Source: an uncultured bacterium (GTDB taxonomy: Bacteria > Patescibacteriota > Minisyncoccia > Phycocordibacterales > UBA9973). From it: DNA of 64,000 bases. Position numbers and translations under genes: made by a program. The notes below the pieces were generated by a model. It had not been told where the DNA came from. It searched no databases and was given only the letters and a program-made list of their open reading frames with translations. Within the stretch, counting starts at the first letter, position 1, and every line of letters starts with the position of its first letter. This document shows positions 30,731 to 39,911 of this stretch, in pieces. Where the stretch lies: the NCBI GenBank assembly GCA_903892035.1, contig CAITGV010000001.1, positions 355,310 through 419,309 on the forward strand, read 5' to 3'.

Positions 30731-31187
30731 GAACCTCTCCCCAGCCCCTCTCCTTGTTAAGGAGAGGGGAAAGAAGCTGACATTTTAGATTTCAATGACA
30801 ATTCTTTACAACCAATCCAAGAATTTACCCAAGAGACTTTTACTTAGAAAAAATCAAACTCCAGAAGAAATACTTTTATGGGAAAGGTTGCGAAGAGGAC
30901 AGCTTGGTTGTAAATTCAAAAGGCAATATTCTGTTGGTCCATATGTTTTGGATTTTTATGCACCAATAAAAAAGTTGGCAATTGAAATCGATGGTTTTCA
31001 GCACATTAAAGAAAAAGAATATGATGATCAAAGAACCGGTTACCTAAGAGTATTGGGTATAAAAGTCCTTCGCTTTTGGAATAACGAAGTAGGTGATAAT
31101 ATAGATAATGTTATCAACAAGATAATTAGTAAGCTGGATTGAGCCCTTTACCCTCTCCTTAATAAGGAGAGGGATAGGGAGAGGTTC
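30731..31187. mobile_element. DUF559 gene bracketed by inverted palindromic repeats (putative selfish element)
   Basis: 30731-30768 and 31151-31187 are inverted copies of GAACCTCTCC-N-CCCTCTCCTT-N-AAGGAGAGGG; TTAA on both outer sides. Confidence 0.65.
30795..31142 (+). CDS. DUF559 (Vsr-like) endonuclease domain protein
   Basis: LRKNQTPEE.LLW, FKRQY...YVLDFY, IEIDG..H, VLRFWN. Confidence 0.92.
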   Translation: MTILYNQSKNLPKRLLLRKNQTPEEILLWERLRRGQLGCKFKRQYSVGPYVLDFYAPIKKLAIEIDGFQHIKEKEYDDQRTGYLRVLGIKVLRFWNNEVGDNIDNVINKIISKLD

Positions 31188-31199
31188 TTAATTGTGTTT

Positions 31200-32057
31200 A
31201 TGACCCCAGATTTTATAGACATACATTCACATACGAATTTTAAAGCCTTCAATGAAGACGTGGAGGAAGTGACTATGCGTACGCTTGCGCAAAAGACTTG
31301 GATTATAAACGTCGGCACCCAGCGTGATACTTCAAAAAGAGCAGTAGAGCTCGCAGAGAAATACAAAGAAGGTGTTTACGCTATTATTGGTCTGCACCCT
31401 ATACATACTGGAGCATCGTATCACGATGAAAAAGAATTGGGCGAAGGAGGAGTAGAGTTTACTTCTCGCGGAGAAGTTTTTGATAAAGAATATTATTGTA
31501 ATTTAGGTAAAAGTGAAAAAGTTGTAGCAATTGGCGAGTGTGGTCTCGACTATTATCGTCTTGACCCTGAAACTATCGACAAACAAAAAGCGGCCTTTGT
31601 TGCGCAAATTGGTGCAGCAAATTATTTAAATAAACCATTGATGTTGCATATTAGAAATCCCTCGAAAGAATCTGGTAGTACTTTGTCTGCATATAAAGAT
31701 GCATTAGAAATTTTAAAATTATATGCAAAAGTAAAAGGGGATGTACATTTTTTTGCAGGCAACTGGGAAGAAGCAAAAGGTTTTCTTGATTTTGGTTTTA
31801 CTCTTTCATTTACTGGAGTTATCACATTTGCTCGAGATTATGATGAAGTAATTCGAAATACTCCACTTGAAATGATAATGTCTGAGACAGATAGCCCATA
31901 TGTCACCCCAAAGCCACATAGAGGAAAGCGCAATGAACCACTATATGTTTCTGAGGTAGTAAAAAAAATTGCCGAAATAAAGGGTATACCCCTAGAAGAG
32001 GTGAAGACTCAGCTTGTAAAAAATGCCCTAAGGGTCTTTTTTGGCCAGCCGAGCTAG
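31200..32057 (+). CDS. tatD: TatD family DNase
   Basis: DIHSH, GLHP, IGECGLDY, ETDSPY. Confidence 0.93.
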   Translation: MTPDFIDIHSHTNFKAFNEDVEEVTMRTLAQKTWIINVGTQRDTSKRAVELAEKYKEGVYAIIGLHPIHTGASYHDEKELGEGGVEFTSRGEVFDKEYYCNLGKSEKVVAIGECGLDYYRLDPETIDKQKAAFVAQIGAANYLNKPLMLHIRNPSKESGSTLSAYKDALEILKLYAKVKGDVHFFAGNWEEAKGFLDFGFTLSFTGVITFARDYDEVIRNTPLEMIMSETDSPYVTPKPHRGKRNEPLYVSEVVKKIAEIKGIPLEEVKTQLVKNALRVFFGQPS

Positions 32058-32096
32058 GGCTTGCCTTTTTATAAGGTTTCTGCTACTATGGGACCT

Positions 32097-32603
32097 ATGT
32101 CTAAAGAGGTAGAAAATCTAAATACAGAGGAGGAAATCCTAGGAACAGAGCCAAAAGTATATGAAATATCATTTCTTTTTGTTCCAACTATTACTGAGGA
32201 AAACATCAGCGCAGAATTTATTGTCCTAAAATCTCTACTTGAGACAAATGGTGCAACTTTCATTTCAGAAGATTTTCCAAAGCTTATTAACCTTGCTTAT
32301 ACAATGAGCAAAGTTATTACAAATAAAAAAACAAGATTCGAAACAGCATATTTTGGATGGATAAAGTTTGAAATATTACCAGAAAAAATTGCAGAGATGA
32401 AGACTATTCTTGAAAGAAATGACAAGATTATCCGTTTCCTTACAGTCCGCACTATTCGCGAAAGTACACTTGCTTCAAAGAGAGTATTTACAGAAGGTGG
32501 TTCACGCCGAAAATTCGAAGCTAAAAATGCTGAGCCAAAAGAAGAAGTAAACAAAGAGACAATTGATCAAGAAATCGACGCATTAGTATCAATACCTGCA
32601 TAA
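32097..32603 (+). CDS. rpsF: 30S ribosomal protein S6
   Basis: YEISFL...LAY...IIRFL; rpsF-ssb-rpsR order. Confidence 0.9.
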   Translation: MSKEVENLNTEEEILGTEPKVYEISFLFVPTITEENISAEFIVLKSLLETNGATFISEDFPKLINLAYTMSKVITNKKTRFETAYFGWIKFEILPEKIAEMKTILERNDKIIRFLTVRTIRESTLASKRVFTEGGSRRKFEAKNAEPKEEVNKETIDQEIDALVSIPA

Positions 32604-32608
32604 ATATT

Positions 32609-33064
32609 ATGTATTTAAATAAAGCTATAATCATTGGAAACCTTACTCGCGACCCAGATCTAAAGTCGCTTCCATCTGGTATCAAGGTTACAAGTTTTAG
32701 TATTGCTACAAATCGCACATGGAAAGATAAAAATGGTGCAAAGCAAGATGCAACAGAATTTCACAATATAGTTGCTTTTGGAAAACAAGCTGAGCTCATC
32801 GCTCAATATATGAAGAAGGGAAGTTCAATTTACGTCGAAGGAAGAATGCAGACACGAAGTTGGGATGACAAGGCTACTGGCGAAAAGAAATACCGCACAG
32901 AAATCATCCTCGAAGCATTCCAATTTGGTCCACGAACAACACCAGGGGGAGGATCATATAGTGGAGGAGAGCCAAAGGCCGACAATCACAAAGAGTCATC
33001 GCCAGAAGTCGACACGATTCAATACCCAGAAGAAGAGAGCAACCCAGAAGATATACCTTTTTAA
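32609..33064 (+). CDS. ssb: Single-stranded DNA-binding protein
   Basis: LNKAIIIGNLTRDP; C-terminal DIPF. Confidence 0.97.
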   Translation: MYLNKAIIIGNLTRDPDLKSLPSGIKVTSFSIATNRTWKDKNGAKQDATEFHNIVAFGKQAELIAQYMKKGSSIYVEGRMQTRSWDDKATGEKKYRTEIILEAFQFGPRTTPGGGSYSGGEPKADNHKESSPEVDTIQYPEEESNPEDIPF

Positions 33065-33094
33065 AAATCATTATTATCAATTTCAATTTAAATT

Positions 33095-33295
33095 ATGAAG
33101 CAAGATTACTTTTCATCAAATAACATAAAGCACATCGATTTTAAGGATACAGAAATCCTAAAGCGTTTTCTAAGTCCAGCAGGAAAGATGATGGCTCGTA
33201 AACGTTCTGGTGTCACAGCAAAGAACCAGCGTAAACTTTCAATGGCTATAAAGCGCGCTCGTTTTATGGGCCTACTTCCATTCATCGCAAAATAA
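33095..33295 (+). CDS. rpsR: 30S ribosomal protein S18
   Basis: IDFKD...QRKLSMAIKRAR.MGLLPF. Confidence 0.96.
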   Translation: MKQDYFSSNNIKHIDFKDTEILKRFLSPAGKMMARKRSGVTAKNQRKLSMAIKRARFMGLLPFIAK

Positions 33296-33305
33296 ATTTT
33301 ACTGT

Positions 33306-33341
33306 AAAAAATCCCCTTCGAATCTCGAAGGGGATTTTTTC
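33306..33341. terminator. Bidirectional intrinsic terminator
   Basis: aaaaaatccccttcg-aatct-cgaagggga-tttttt between convergent genes. Confidence 0.8.
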
Positions 33342-33355
33342 TTTACTTTTTGAAG

Positions 33356-34282
33356 TTATGCAAGATCATCAAAAGATTTCTTTGCATCATCCTCAAACTT
33401 TTTTGCTCTTTCGTATATTGGGTGTATCACTTCCAATAATTTTTCAAAAGAAAATAAAACATCCACAGAAGTCATTTTGCCTATTCCTGCTTCAGTACAC
33501 CCACGCTTTGTGGCCACTTTTCTAACATATTCTTCGATTGTTTCAAAAGTGATTTCACCTTTTTGGCTCAACAGTGCGAGGATTGTGCTCAGTAGAGTTT
33601 CAGCCGAATGTTCAAGTGAAAATTCGTAATCGTAGCCCAATACCTCAGTAAAGACTTTCGCCTTGTTTTCAATGTAAGCATTTAACATGGGATGTCCACT
33701 CTTTTCGACCTTTTCAAGCCATTTGCGGAAACTCCAGATACTTTTACTTGCTTCATACATCAACAAAAGTGCTTGCGCGTCTACACCGCATCCTGATCCG
33801 ACACTTACAATCAATTTAGGAACTTCGGTTGGACTTACCGTCGTAACTTTTCCCAATCTTCCCATCAACTCTTTAATTTTTTCATTTCCTCGGGTCATGT
33901 AAACTAAACCTTTCCCGTACTCCACATTGACATTCATAGTACCAATGCGTATGTTTTTAGGACTAATTCCCAAGAATCTAGAAAGGTCAGAAATATTAGA
34001 GCCTGAAGCAAAGGAAGTTAAATTTTCAATTTTAGTTTCCTTTAAGCGTTTGAGCTGTGGACCAATACCAGATGGCGTGACCATAAGGATTGCATGTTTT
34101 GCCTCCTTTACTTGCATGATGTCTTTTGATACGAGGACACCAAGTTTTTCAAAGACTGAGAGATTTGAATTTTCTCTGCCGATGACGATAATTTTTTCAG
34201 ATTCCATGCCTGAGGCCAAGAAACCTTTTACGGTAGCTAGTGTAAGCTTGCCGTTTCCGATAATTGCGATTGTTTTACTCAT
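33356..34282 (-). CDS. Divergent pyrroline-5-carboxylate reductase family protein
   Basis: Rossmann IAIIGNGKL; VGSGCG and VATKRGCTEAGI resemble ProC SGSGPA and V.SPGGTT..G. Confidence 0.7.
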   Translation of the reverse strand: MSKTIAIIGNGKLTLATVKGFLASGMESEKIIVIGRENSNLSVFEKLGVLVSKDIMQVKEAKHAILMVTPSGIGPQLKRLKETKIENLTSFASGSNISDLSRFLGISPKNIRIGTMNVNVEYGKGLVYMTRGNEKIKELMGRLGKVTTVSPTEVPKLIVSVGSGCGVDAQALLLMYEASKSIWSFRKWLEKVEKSGHPMLNAYIENKAKVFTEVLGYDYEFSLEHSAETLLSTILALLSQKGEITFETIEEYVRKVATKRGCTEAGIGKMTSVDVLFSFEKLLEVIHPIYERAKKFEDDAKKSFDDLA

Positions 34283-34332
34283 TTTAATTTATTTTATTGT
34301 TTAACATTTATTTAATTTTTAAAGAATTTACA

Positions 34333-34516
34333 CAAAAAGAAACCAGCTTTTGAGAAGCTGGTTTCTAAGGTCAAACAATTAAGATTTAGAAAGTATTTTT
34401 AAACGCAAAAACCAGCCACCCAAATTTTGAGCGGAGGTACCGGGCTGTTGTTCAATTTTGTTTTTGCGTAATATTTCATTACTTTTTAAGTATAGCAGTG
34501 GGGGACTTAATGTCAA
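34333..34516 (-). promoter_or_regulatory. Promoter plus putative leader-peptide attenuator
   Basis: TTGACA-16-TATACT; leader ORF; terminator agaaaccagc-ttctcaaaa-gctggtttct-ttttg. Confidence 0.7.
34399..34479 (-). CDS. Putative leader peptide MKYYAKTKLNNSPVPPLKIWVAGFCV
   Basis: 26-codon ORF 9 nt after the -10; contains PVPP and the antiterminator arm. Confidence 0.6.
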   Translation of the reverse strand: MKYYAKTKLNNSPVPPLKIWVAGFCV

Positions 34517-34518
34517 AC

Positions 34519-35091
34519 TTATGCTCTTTCTACGTATTCACCTGTTTCGGTATTGACTATAATTTTCTCTCCGACATTTATAAACATTGGTACGTTTACT
34601 GTAGCGCCATTCTCGAGTACGGCAATTTTATTACTTCCAGATGCTGTGGCACCTTTGATAGCTGGGGGAGCGTCTTTGACGGTGAGAGTCATTTTGATAG
34701 GAAGCTTTACATTTATGATTATTTCTTCATCATCATTGTCCCACACGAGTGCTGTGACGATTTCATTTGGTATTAAAAATTTTACAGCATGACCCATCAA
34801 TTTTTCATCGAGTTTAAATCGATTTGCTGGATCTTTTGGATCACAAAACCAATATTCTCCGCGACTTTCATAAAGAAATTTTGTATCTCTTTTTTCTAGA
34901 TTAGGCTCCTCGATAGAGTCTGTGGTGCGAAATGTCTCATTGTAGGTGCGACCACTAACCAAGCTTTTCAATTTAACTTGGTTTTGAGGCTTTCTTTGCT
35001 GTGTGCGAGCCACGTGGCTTTCGAGCACAGTGCAAGGTTCATCATTAAATATAATAATTTTTCCTTCTCGAACTTCGCTATATTCTAACAT
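34519..35091 (-). CDS. efp: Elongation factor P
   Basis: LENGATVNVPMFINVGEKIIVNTETGEYVER. Confidence 0.95.
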   Translation of the reverse strand: MLEYSEVREGKIIIFNDEPCTVLESHVARTQQRKPQNQVKLKSLVSGRTYNETFRTTDSIEEPNLEKRDTKFLYESRGEYWFCDPKDPANRFKLDEKLMGHAVKFLIPNEIVTALVWDNDDEEIIINVKLPIKMTLTVKDAPPAIKGATASGSNKIAVLENGATVNVPMFINVGEKIIVNTETGEYVERA

Positions 35092-35248
35092 CTCTCGATT
35101 CTACCCGAAATTGGGTATTTTTTCAAGCCCCCGTAAAATTGTTTACAATCACGGGACATGCTTGACGTTTGGCGTCAGTATGCGAGAATTACAAAAGAAT
35201 AGTAGCTTTCTGATAATAAAATAAAAATTAACCAAAACTTATATTAAG

Positions 35249-35716
35249 ATGAAAAAAAGACCAAATTATGATCTACTACACCTTTTAACTTGGGTAGTAG
35301 CTGTGCTGGCAACTGTAACTATTGTTGTCGACTATCTCTTTAATGCAAGAGCAGACATGATATATTATTTTCATGTTGCAATTGTGTGTTTAACTTCTAT
35401 ACAACTTTGTTATAATTTTGCCTTTGTTTATCTCAGAAGGCTAAACTTATCACAATTACTTTTTTGGATTTTTCTCGGATTTTTAACAACATCAATTGCA
35501 ATGAAATTCTGTGATGACATTATTGGTAATGTTGAAGTCAAACTTCAACATATAATCAGTTTTTGTTTGCCAGTATTTATTTCAATGTGTGCATATTGTT
35601 ACTCTTACCGAAAAAGGATTTCAAAAAAATTTTGGGAGTGGTTAAACGATAGTACTTTTTGGGAGAATTACAATGCTCTTCCTAAGGGTTGTCCGATACC
35701 GTACATTTACTATTAA
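35249..35716 (+). CDS. Hypothetical membrane protein
   Basis: 155 aa, about four TM segments; hairpin downstream. Confidence 0.6.
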   Translation: MKKRPNYDLLHLLTWVVAVLATVTIVVDYLFNARADMIYYFHVAIVCLTSIQLCYNFAFVYLRRLNLSQLLFWIFLGFLTTSIAMKFCDDIIGNVEVKLQHIISFCLPVFISMCAYCYSYRKRISKKFWEWLNDSTFWENYNALPKGCPIPYIYY

Positions 35717-35786
35717 TAAAAAAGAAAACGAGCGGATTGTTATTACAACAATCCGCTCGTCTCTCGTTTTGGTAAGTATTTTGTAT

Positions 35787-35831
35787 TTCCCCCTCTCATT
35801 CATAAGGAGAGGGGTCAGGGGAGAGGTTCTT
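35787..35831. repeat. DUF559-type palindromic repeat copy downstream of recA
   Basis: ccccctctcattcataaggagaggggtcaggggagaggttct. Confidence 0.75.
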
Positions 35832-35855
35832 AGTTTTCCGAAGGCGGAGAGGGTT

Positions 35856-36902
35856 TTATTCCCCAGCGCTTGATGTTTGAATTTCTCCAAAGCGCGCACG
35901 GACTTGTTTTTCAAGTTCCTTTGCAACTTTTGTATTTTCGCGTAGCCACACTCGAGTCGCATCATAACCGCGACCCATAGGAATTTTTTCATTATCTTTA
36001 TCACGATATGAATACGAAGCACCAGATTTTTCTACGATGCCAAGTTTTTCTCCAAGAGCCATCAGTTCACCTTCGTGAGAAATTCCTTCACCGTAAATAA
36101 TATCGAATTCTGTTTGTTTGAAAGGGGAGGCAACTTTATTTTTCACAACCTTTACGCGTGTACGCCCACCGACAACTTCTTCACCTTTTTTAATTTGCGC
36201 AATGCGACGAATGTCGAGACGTATTGATGTGTAAAATTTCAAAGCTTTTCCACCTGGAGTAGTTTCAGGGTTTCCAAACATCACACCAATTTGCATTCTG
36301 ATTTGATTTATAAATATAACAATAGTTTTTGAGCGAGCGACAATAGCTGTGAGTTTTCGAAGCGCTTGCGACATAAGGCGAGCTTGTTTACCCATGTGCT
36401 GCTGGCCCATATCGCCCTCAATTTCGTCTTTTGGAGTAAGTGCTGCGACAGAGTCGATGACAACGACGTCGATTTTTCCAGAGCGTACCAAAGACTCTGT
36501 AATTTCAAGACCTTGTTCTCCAGTGTCTGGTTGGGCGATGAGAAGGTCGTTAATATTCACGCCGAGGTTCTTTGCATATGTTGGGTCCATTGCGTGCTCT
36601 GCGTCGATATATGCGCATACGCCACCTTTCTTTTGAGCCTCAGCGACTATATGTAGAGCGAGTGTGGTTTTTCCAGATGATTCTGGTCCAAAGATTTCAA
36701 TAATGCGTCCTCTTGGTACTCCACCGACTCCGAGAGCCATATCGAGACCCAAAGATCCAGTAGGCACGACATCTATATCGACTTTTGGAGCGTCACCAAG
36801 TTTCATTATTGCTCCTTCTCCAAATTTTGTTTGAATCGACTTAATTGTATCTTCAATCTCTGCACCCATTTCCTTTTTTGCTTTTTCTTTTTTCTTTATC
36901 AT
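35856..36902 (-). CDS. recA: Recombinase RecA
   Basis: [20 protein letters not shown]. Confidence 0.98.
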   Translation of the reverse strand: MIKKKEKAKKEMGAEIEDTIKSIQTKFGEGAIMKLGDAPKVDIDVVPTGSLGLDMALGVGGVPRGRIIEIFGPESSGKTTLALHIVAEAQKKGGVCAYIDAEHAMDPTYAKNLGVNINDLLIAQPDTGEQGLEITESLVRSGKIDVVVIDSVAALTPKDEIEGDMGQQHMGKQARLMSQALRKLTAIVARSKTIVIFINQIRMQIGVMFGNPETTPGGKALKFYTSIRLDIRRIAQIKKGEEVVGGRTRVKVVKNKVASPFKQTEFDIIYGEGISHEGELMALGEKLGIVEKSGASYSYRDKDNEKIPMGRGYDATRVWLRENTKVAKELEKQVRARFGEIQTSSAGE

Positions 36903-37005
36903 ATATTGTGTAAGAAAAAATTGTTTTAGATTTTTATGCGTGTCGGAGCCCCCGTAGAGAGGGTAAAGCGCTAAAAATGTAAAATAATTTTTTCTGTAAC
37001 GTTAT

Positions 37006-37365
37006 TTACGTATTACTCTTATAATAGACCCTATAATTTTTTTCAATTTGCCTTCCAAACGAATCTTCGCTATGGATGTTTACTATATTGTATCCAGGAA
37101 TTAAAACCAATGATTCATTGAACTGACTCGCACCATTAAATGAAATTGCTCGACCATCGATAGCAAACAATTTCATTTTTTTTGCTGTACCTGTGATATT
37201 TACAATAGGGGAGTTGAAAACTTGTCCATCAAAGATGCCACTAATTTTTATATTTGAACCAAAAAGTGCATCTTTCATTTTAAAATAAGTATAAGTACCT
37301 GCAACTATGAAAAGTACAATTAATGCTCCGATATTTATTTTTGTTTTAAAATCATGTTTTGTCAT
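37006..37365 (-). CDS. Hypothetical membrane-anchored Ig-like protein
   Basis: TM segment plus L.PGYN motif; start moved to MTKHDFK because the upstream extension is repeat-derived. Confidence 0.65.
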   Translation of the reverse strand: MTKHDFKTKINIGALIVLFIVAGTYTYFKMKDALFGSNIKISGIFDGQVFNSPIVNITGTAKKMKLFAIDGRAISFNGASQFNESLVLIPGYNIVNIHSEDSFGRQIEKNYRVYYKSNT

Positions 37366-37414
37366 TTTTGTATTCCTCCCTCTCCTTAATAAGGAGAGGG
37401 TCAGGGAGAGGTTC

Positions 37415-39643
37415 TTATATTGTATCACTCTCCGCATGATCCATTGGTCGTTCCATCACTTCTCTTGGTTTTGCTCCGTCACCGGGGCCGACTACTCCAC
37501 GCTCTTCCAACATATCGATAAGTCTTGCAGCTCGAGCGTAACCAACTTTCAATTTTCTTTGTAAATATGAAGTCGAGGCTTTTCCAGCTTCTATCACGAC
37601 CATTCTAGCTTCTTCATACATATCATCGTCATCACTATCGCTGTCCACCATTGATTCAAATATAGATTTGTCTGGGCTCATTGTGCCAGTGAGTGTAATT
37701 TCGTCTGGAACTTCATCCTGGTAGCTCTTCACCAAGTATTTTACCACCTTTTTGACTTCTTCTTCAGAAATAAAAGCAGACTGAAGGCGCTCTGGTTGAG
37801 ACATTTCTCCTGACATATAAAGCATATCTCCAGCTCCAAGAAGTTTTTCCGCTCCTCCCTGGTCAAGAATTGTACGTGAGTCTATTTGTGAAGATACTTG
37901 TAGAGCAATGCGAGCAGGAATATTTGCTTTGATGAGTCCTGTAATGACGTTTACACTTGGGCGCTGTGTGGAAAGAATAAGGTGAATACCGACAGCACGA
38001 GACATTTGTGCGAGGCGGACGATAGCGCTTTCGAGTTCACGTGGGTAGCTTTGCATAATATCTGCCAACTCATCGATGATGACTACAATAAACGGCATTT
38101 TTTCTGCTTCTGCACCAGTGTCTTCACCTTTTTTGTTTTTTTGATTTTTACCAAGGACATTTGCATGATAGCTCTCGATATCACGCACAGACTCTGATTC
38201 GAGAATGTCATATCTGCGATCCATTTCTTTTGCAGCCCACTTGAGTGCAAGGATAGCTTTCTTTGGATCTGTGATGACAGGTGTAAGCAAGTGGGGGATT
38301 TTATTGTAAAGCGTAAGTTCCACACGTTTCGGGTCCACCATTATAAAACGCATTTCTTCTGGACCATTTCTATATAGTAATGAAGTGATGAGAGCGTGAA
38401 TGGTTACAGATTTTCCAGAACCAGTTGCTCCTGCGATAAGTAGGTGAGGCATCTTTCCCATATTTCCAAAAAATGATTTTCCAGAAATTCCTTTTCCGAG
38501 TGCCATGAGCAAAGGTTTTCCTCCATTTTGAAATTTATCATCCGAAAGAAGTGTTGCGAGGCCGACTGTGGACTTTACTCTGTTTGGAATTTCAATACCG
38601 ACGAGTGATTTGCCAGGGATAGGGGCTTCGATACGAATAGGGTGAGCAGCGAGTGCGAGTGCGAGGTCGTTTTGAAGTCCTACGATTCGTGAGAGTTTCA
38701 TTCCTTCCGCAGGTTTTAGAGCATAGCGAGTGACGGTAGGCCCAATTGTAATTTCATCCATTTCGACAAGAATACCGAAGTTTTGAAGTGTGCGACGAAT
38801 GATATTTGCATTGGCTTTAATATCGCCGACATTTGGTTTACCTTTGTCTTCTTCGAGAAGTGAAAGTGGTGGTGGAACGTAAGCAGAATTTTTCTTTGGA
38901 TTTGCTTTTACAACAAAATCATCATCACTTTCCTCCCCTCCTTTTTGAGGAGGGGATTGAGGGGTGGTGGTTTCCTCAGATTCACCTACCTCTTCCTCTT
39001 TATAATCACCACCCCCTGCCCCCTCCTCGTCAAGAAGGGGGTTCTCGTCATCATCTCCAATTTCTTTTCCATGTTCAAAAAACATATTCTTAAAGAAATT
39101 GAAAATCTTTTTAAACATTGGAACAAGGTTTGGTCGTGCATCAAAAATTATTATAAAAGAAATGATGAGTAGTCCACCTAGGAAAAGTATTCCTGCATAA
39201 TTTCCAAAAAGTTTTGTAAAAGGATAGCTTGCGATGGATCCTACATAACCACCCGACATATCGCTAGAAATATTGAAAAGTCCAAGTGTTGAAGTTAGAA
39301 ATAAAAGTCCACCGATGGTGTGCGTGAGTGCGATATTTGGTCTTTGTTCTTTTGCAAAAGATATACCAAAAAGAATACAAAGAATTGGTAGAAATAAATA
39401 TCCATAACCAAATAGTGAGCTAAAAAGTGTGTGGAAAAAATTCCCAGCAGGTCCTGCAATATTGAGCCCAGCAAGAATAAAAAAAAGTGCAAGAACAAAT
39501 GCTACAACTGCTAGAACTCCGTGCCTAGTTTCATCAGAAATTTTTGAACTTGTATTTGATTTTTTTGCCACTTCTTTTTTTTCCTTTTTATCAACCTTTT
39601 TAATTATTTTTTCAGTATCAGATTTTACTTTTTTTACAGCCAT
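37415..39643 (-). CDS. ftsK: DNA translocase FtsK/SpoIIIE
   Basis: 4TM N-terminus, GATGSGKS, IDELAD, LQRKLKVGYARAAR; start moved to MAVKKVKS. Confidence 0.95.
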   Translation of the reverse strand: MAVKKVKSDTEKIIKKVDKKEKKEVAKKSNTSSKISDETRHGVLAVVAFVLALFFILAGLNIAGPAGNFFHTLFSSLFGYGYLFLPILCILFGISFAKEQRPNIALTHTIGGLLFLTSTLGLFNISSDMSGGYVGSIASYPFTKLFGNYAGILFLGGLLIISFIIIFDARPNLVPMFKKIFNFFKNMFFEHGKEIGDDDENPLLDEEGAGGGDYKEEEVGESEETTTPQSPPQKGGEESDDDFVVKANPKKNSAYVPPPLSLLEEDKGKPNVGDIKANANIIRRTLQNFGILVEMDEITIGPTVTRYALKPAEGMKLSRIVGLQNDLALALAAHPIRIEAPIPGKSLVGIEIPNRVKSTVGLATLLSDDKFQNGGKPLLMALGKGISGKSFFGNMGKMPHLLIAGATGSGKSVTIHALITSLLYRNGPEEMRFIMVDPKRVELTLYNKIPHLLTPVITDPKKAILALKWAAKEMDRRYDILESESVRDIESYHANVLGKNQKNKKGEDTGAEAEKMPFIVVIIDELADIMQSYPRELESAIVRLAQMSRAVGIHLILSTQRPSVNVITGLIKANIPARIALQVSSQIDSRTILDQGGAEKLLGAGDMLYMSGEMSQPERLQSAFISEEEVKKVVKYLVKSYQDEVPDEITLTGTMSPDKSIFESMVDSDSDDDDMYEEARMVVIEAGKASTSYLQRKLKVGYARAARLIDMLEERGVVGPGDGAKPREVMERPMDHAESDTI

Positions 39644-39911
39644 ATATGCGGATATTATAGCATATTGATTTTGAATTTCCCCCTCCCATTTATAAGGGGA
39701 GGGGTTGGGGAGAGGTGAATTAAGAACCCATCCTAAATCCTTCCCAAAGGGAAGGACAAAAAATCCGCCCTGCCCCGTGATGCGTACTCGCATTTTACGG
39801 GGTTGCAATTATTTCTCTGTCCGTTATATAATGGACAAACGAAATACATAAAAACTCCAAAATTTTTACCAAAAAGACACGCAGAATTTTAAAAGACAAG
39901 CTTAGAGACAT

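Noticed and set aside
36903-37005. SOS box upstream of recA
   Set aside because: No GAAC-N4-GTTC match was seen.
39644-39808. N-terminal extension of FtsK
   Set aside because: Translated repeat and promoter DNA; TGCTATAAT precedes the ATG at 39643.
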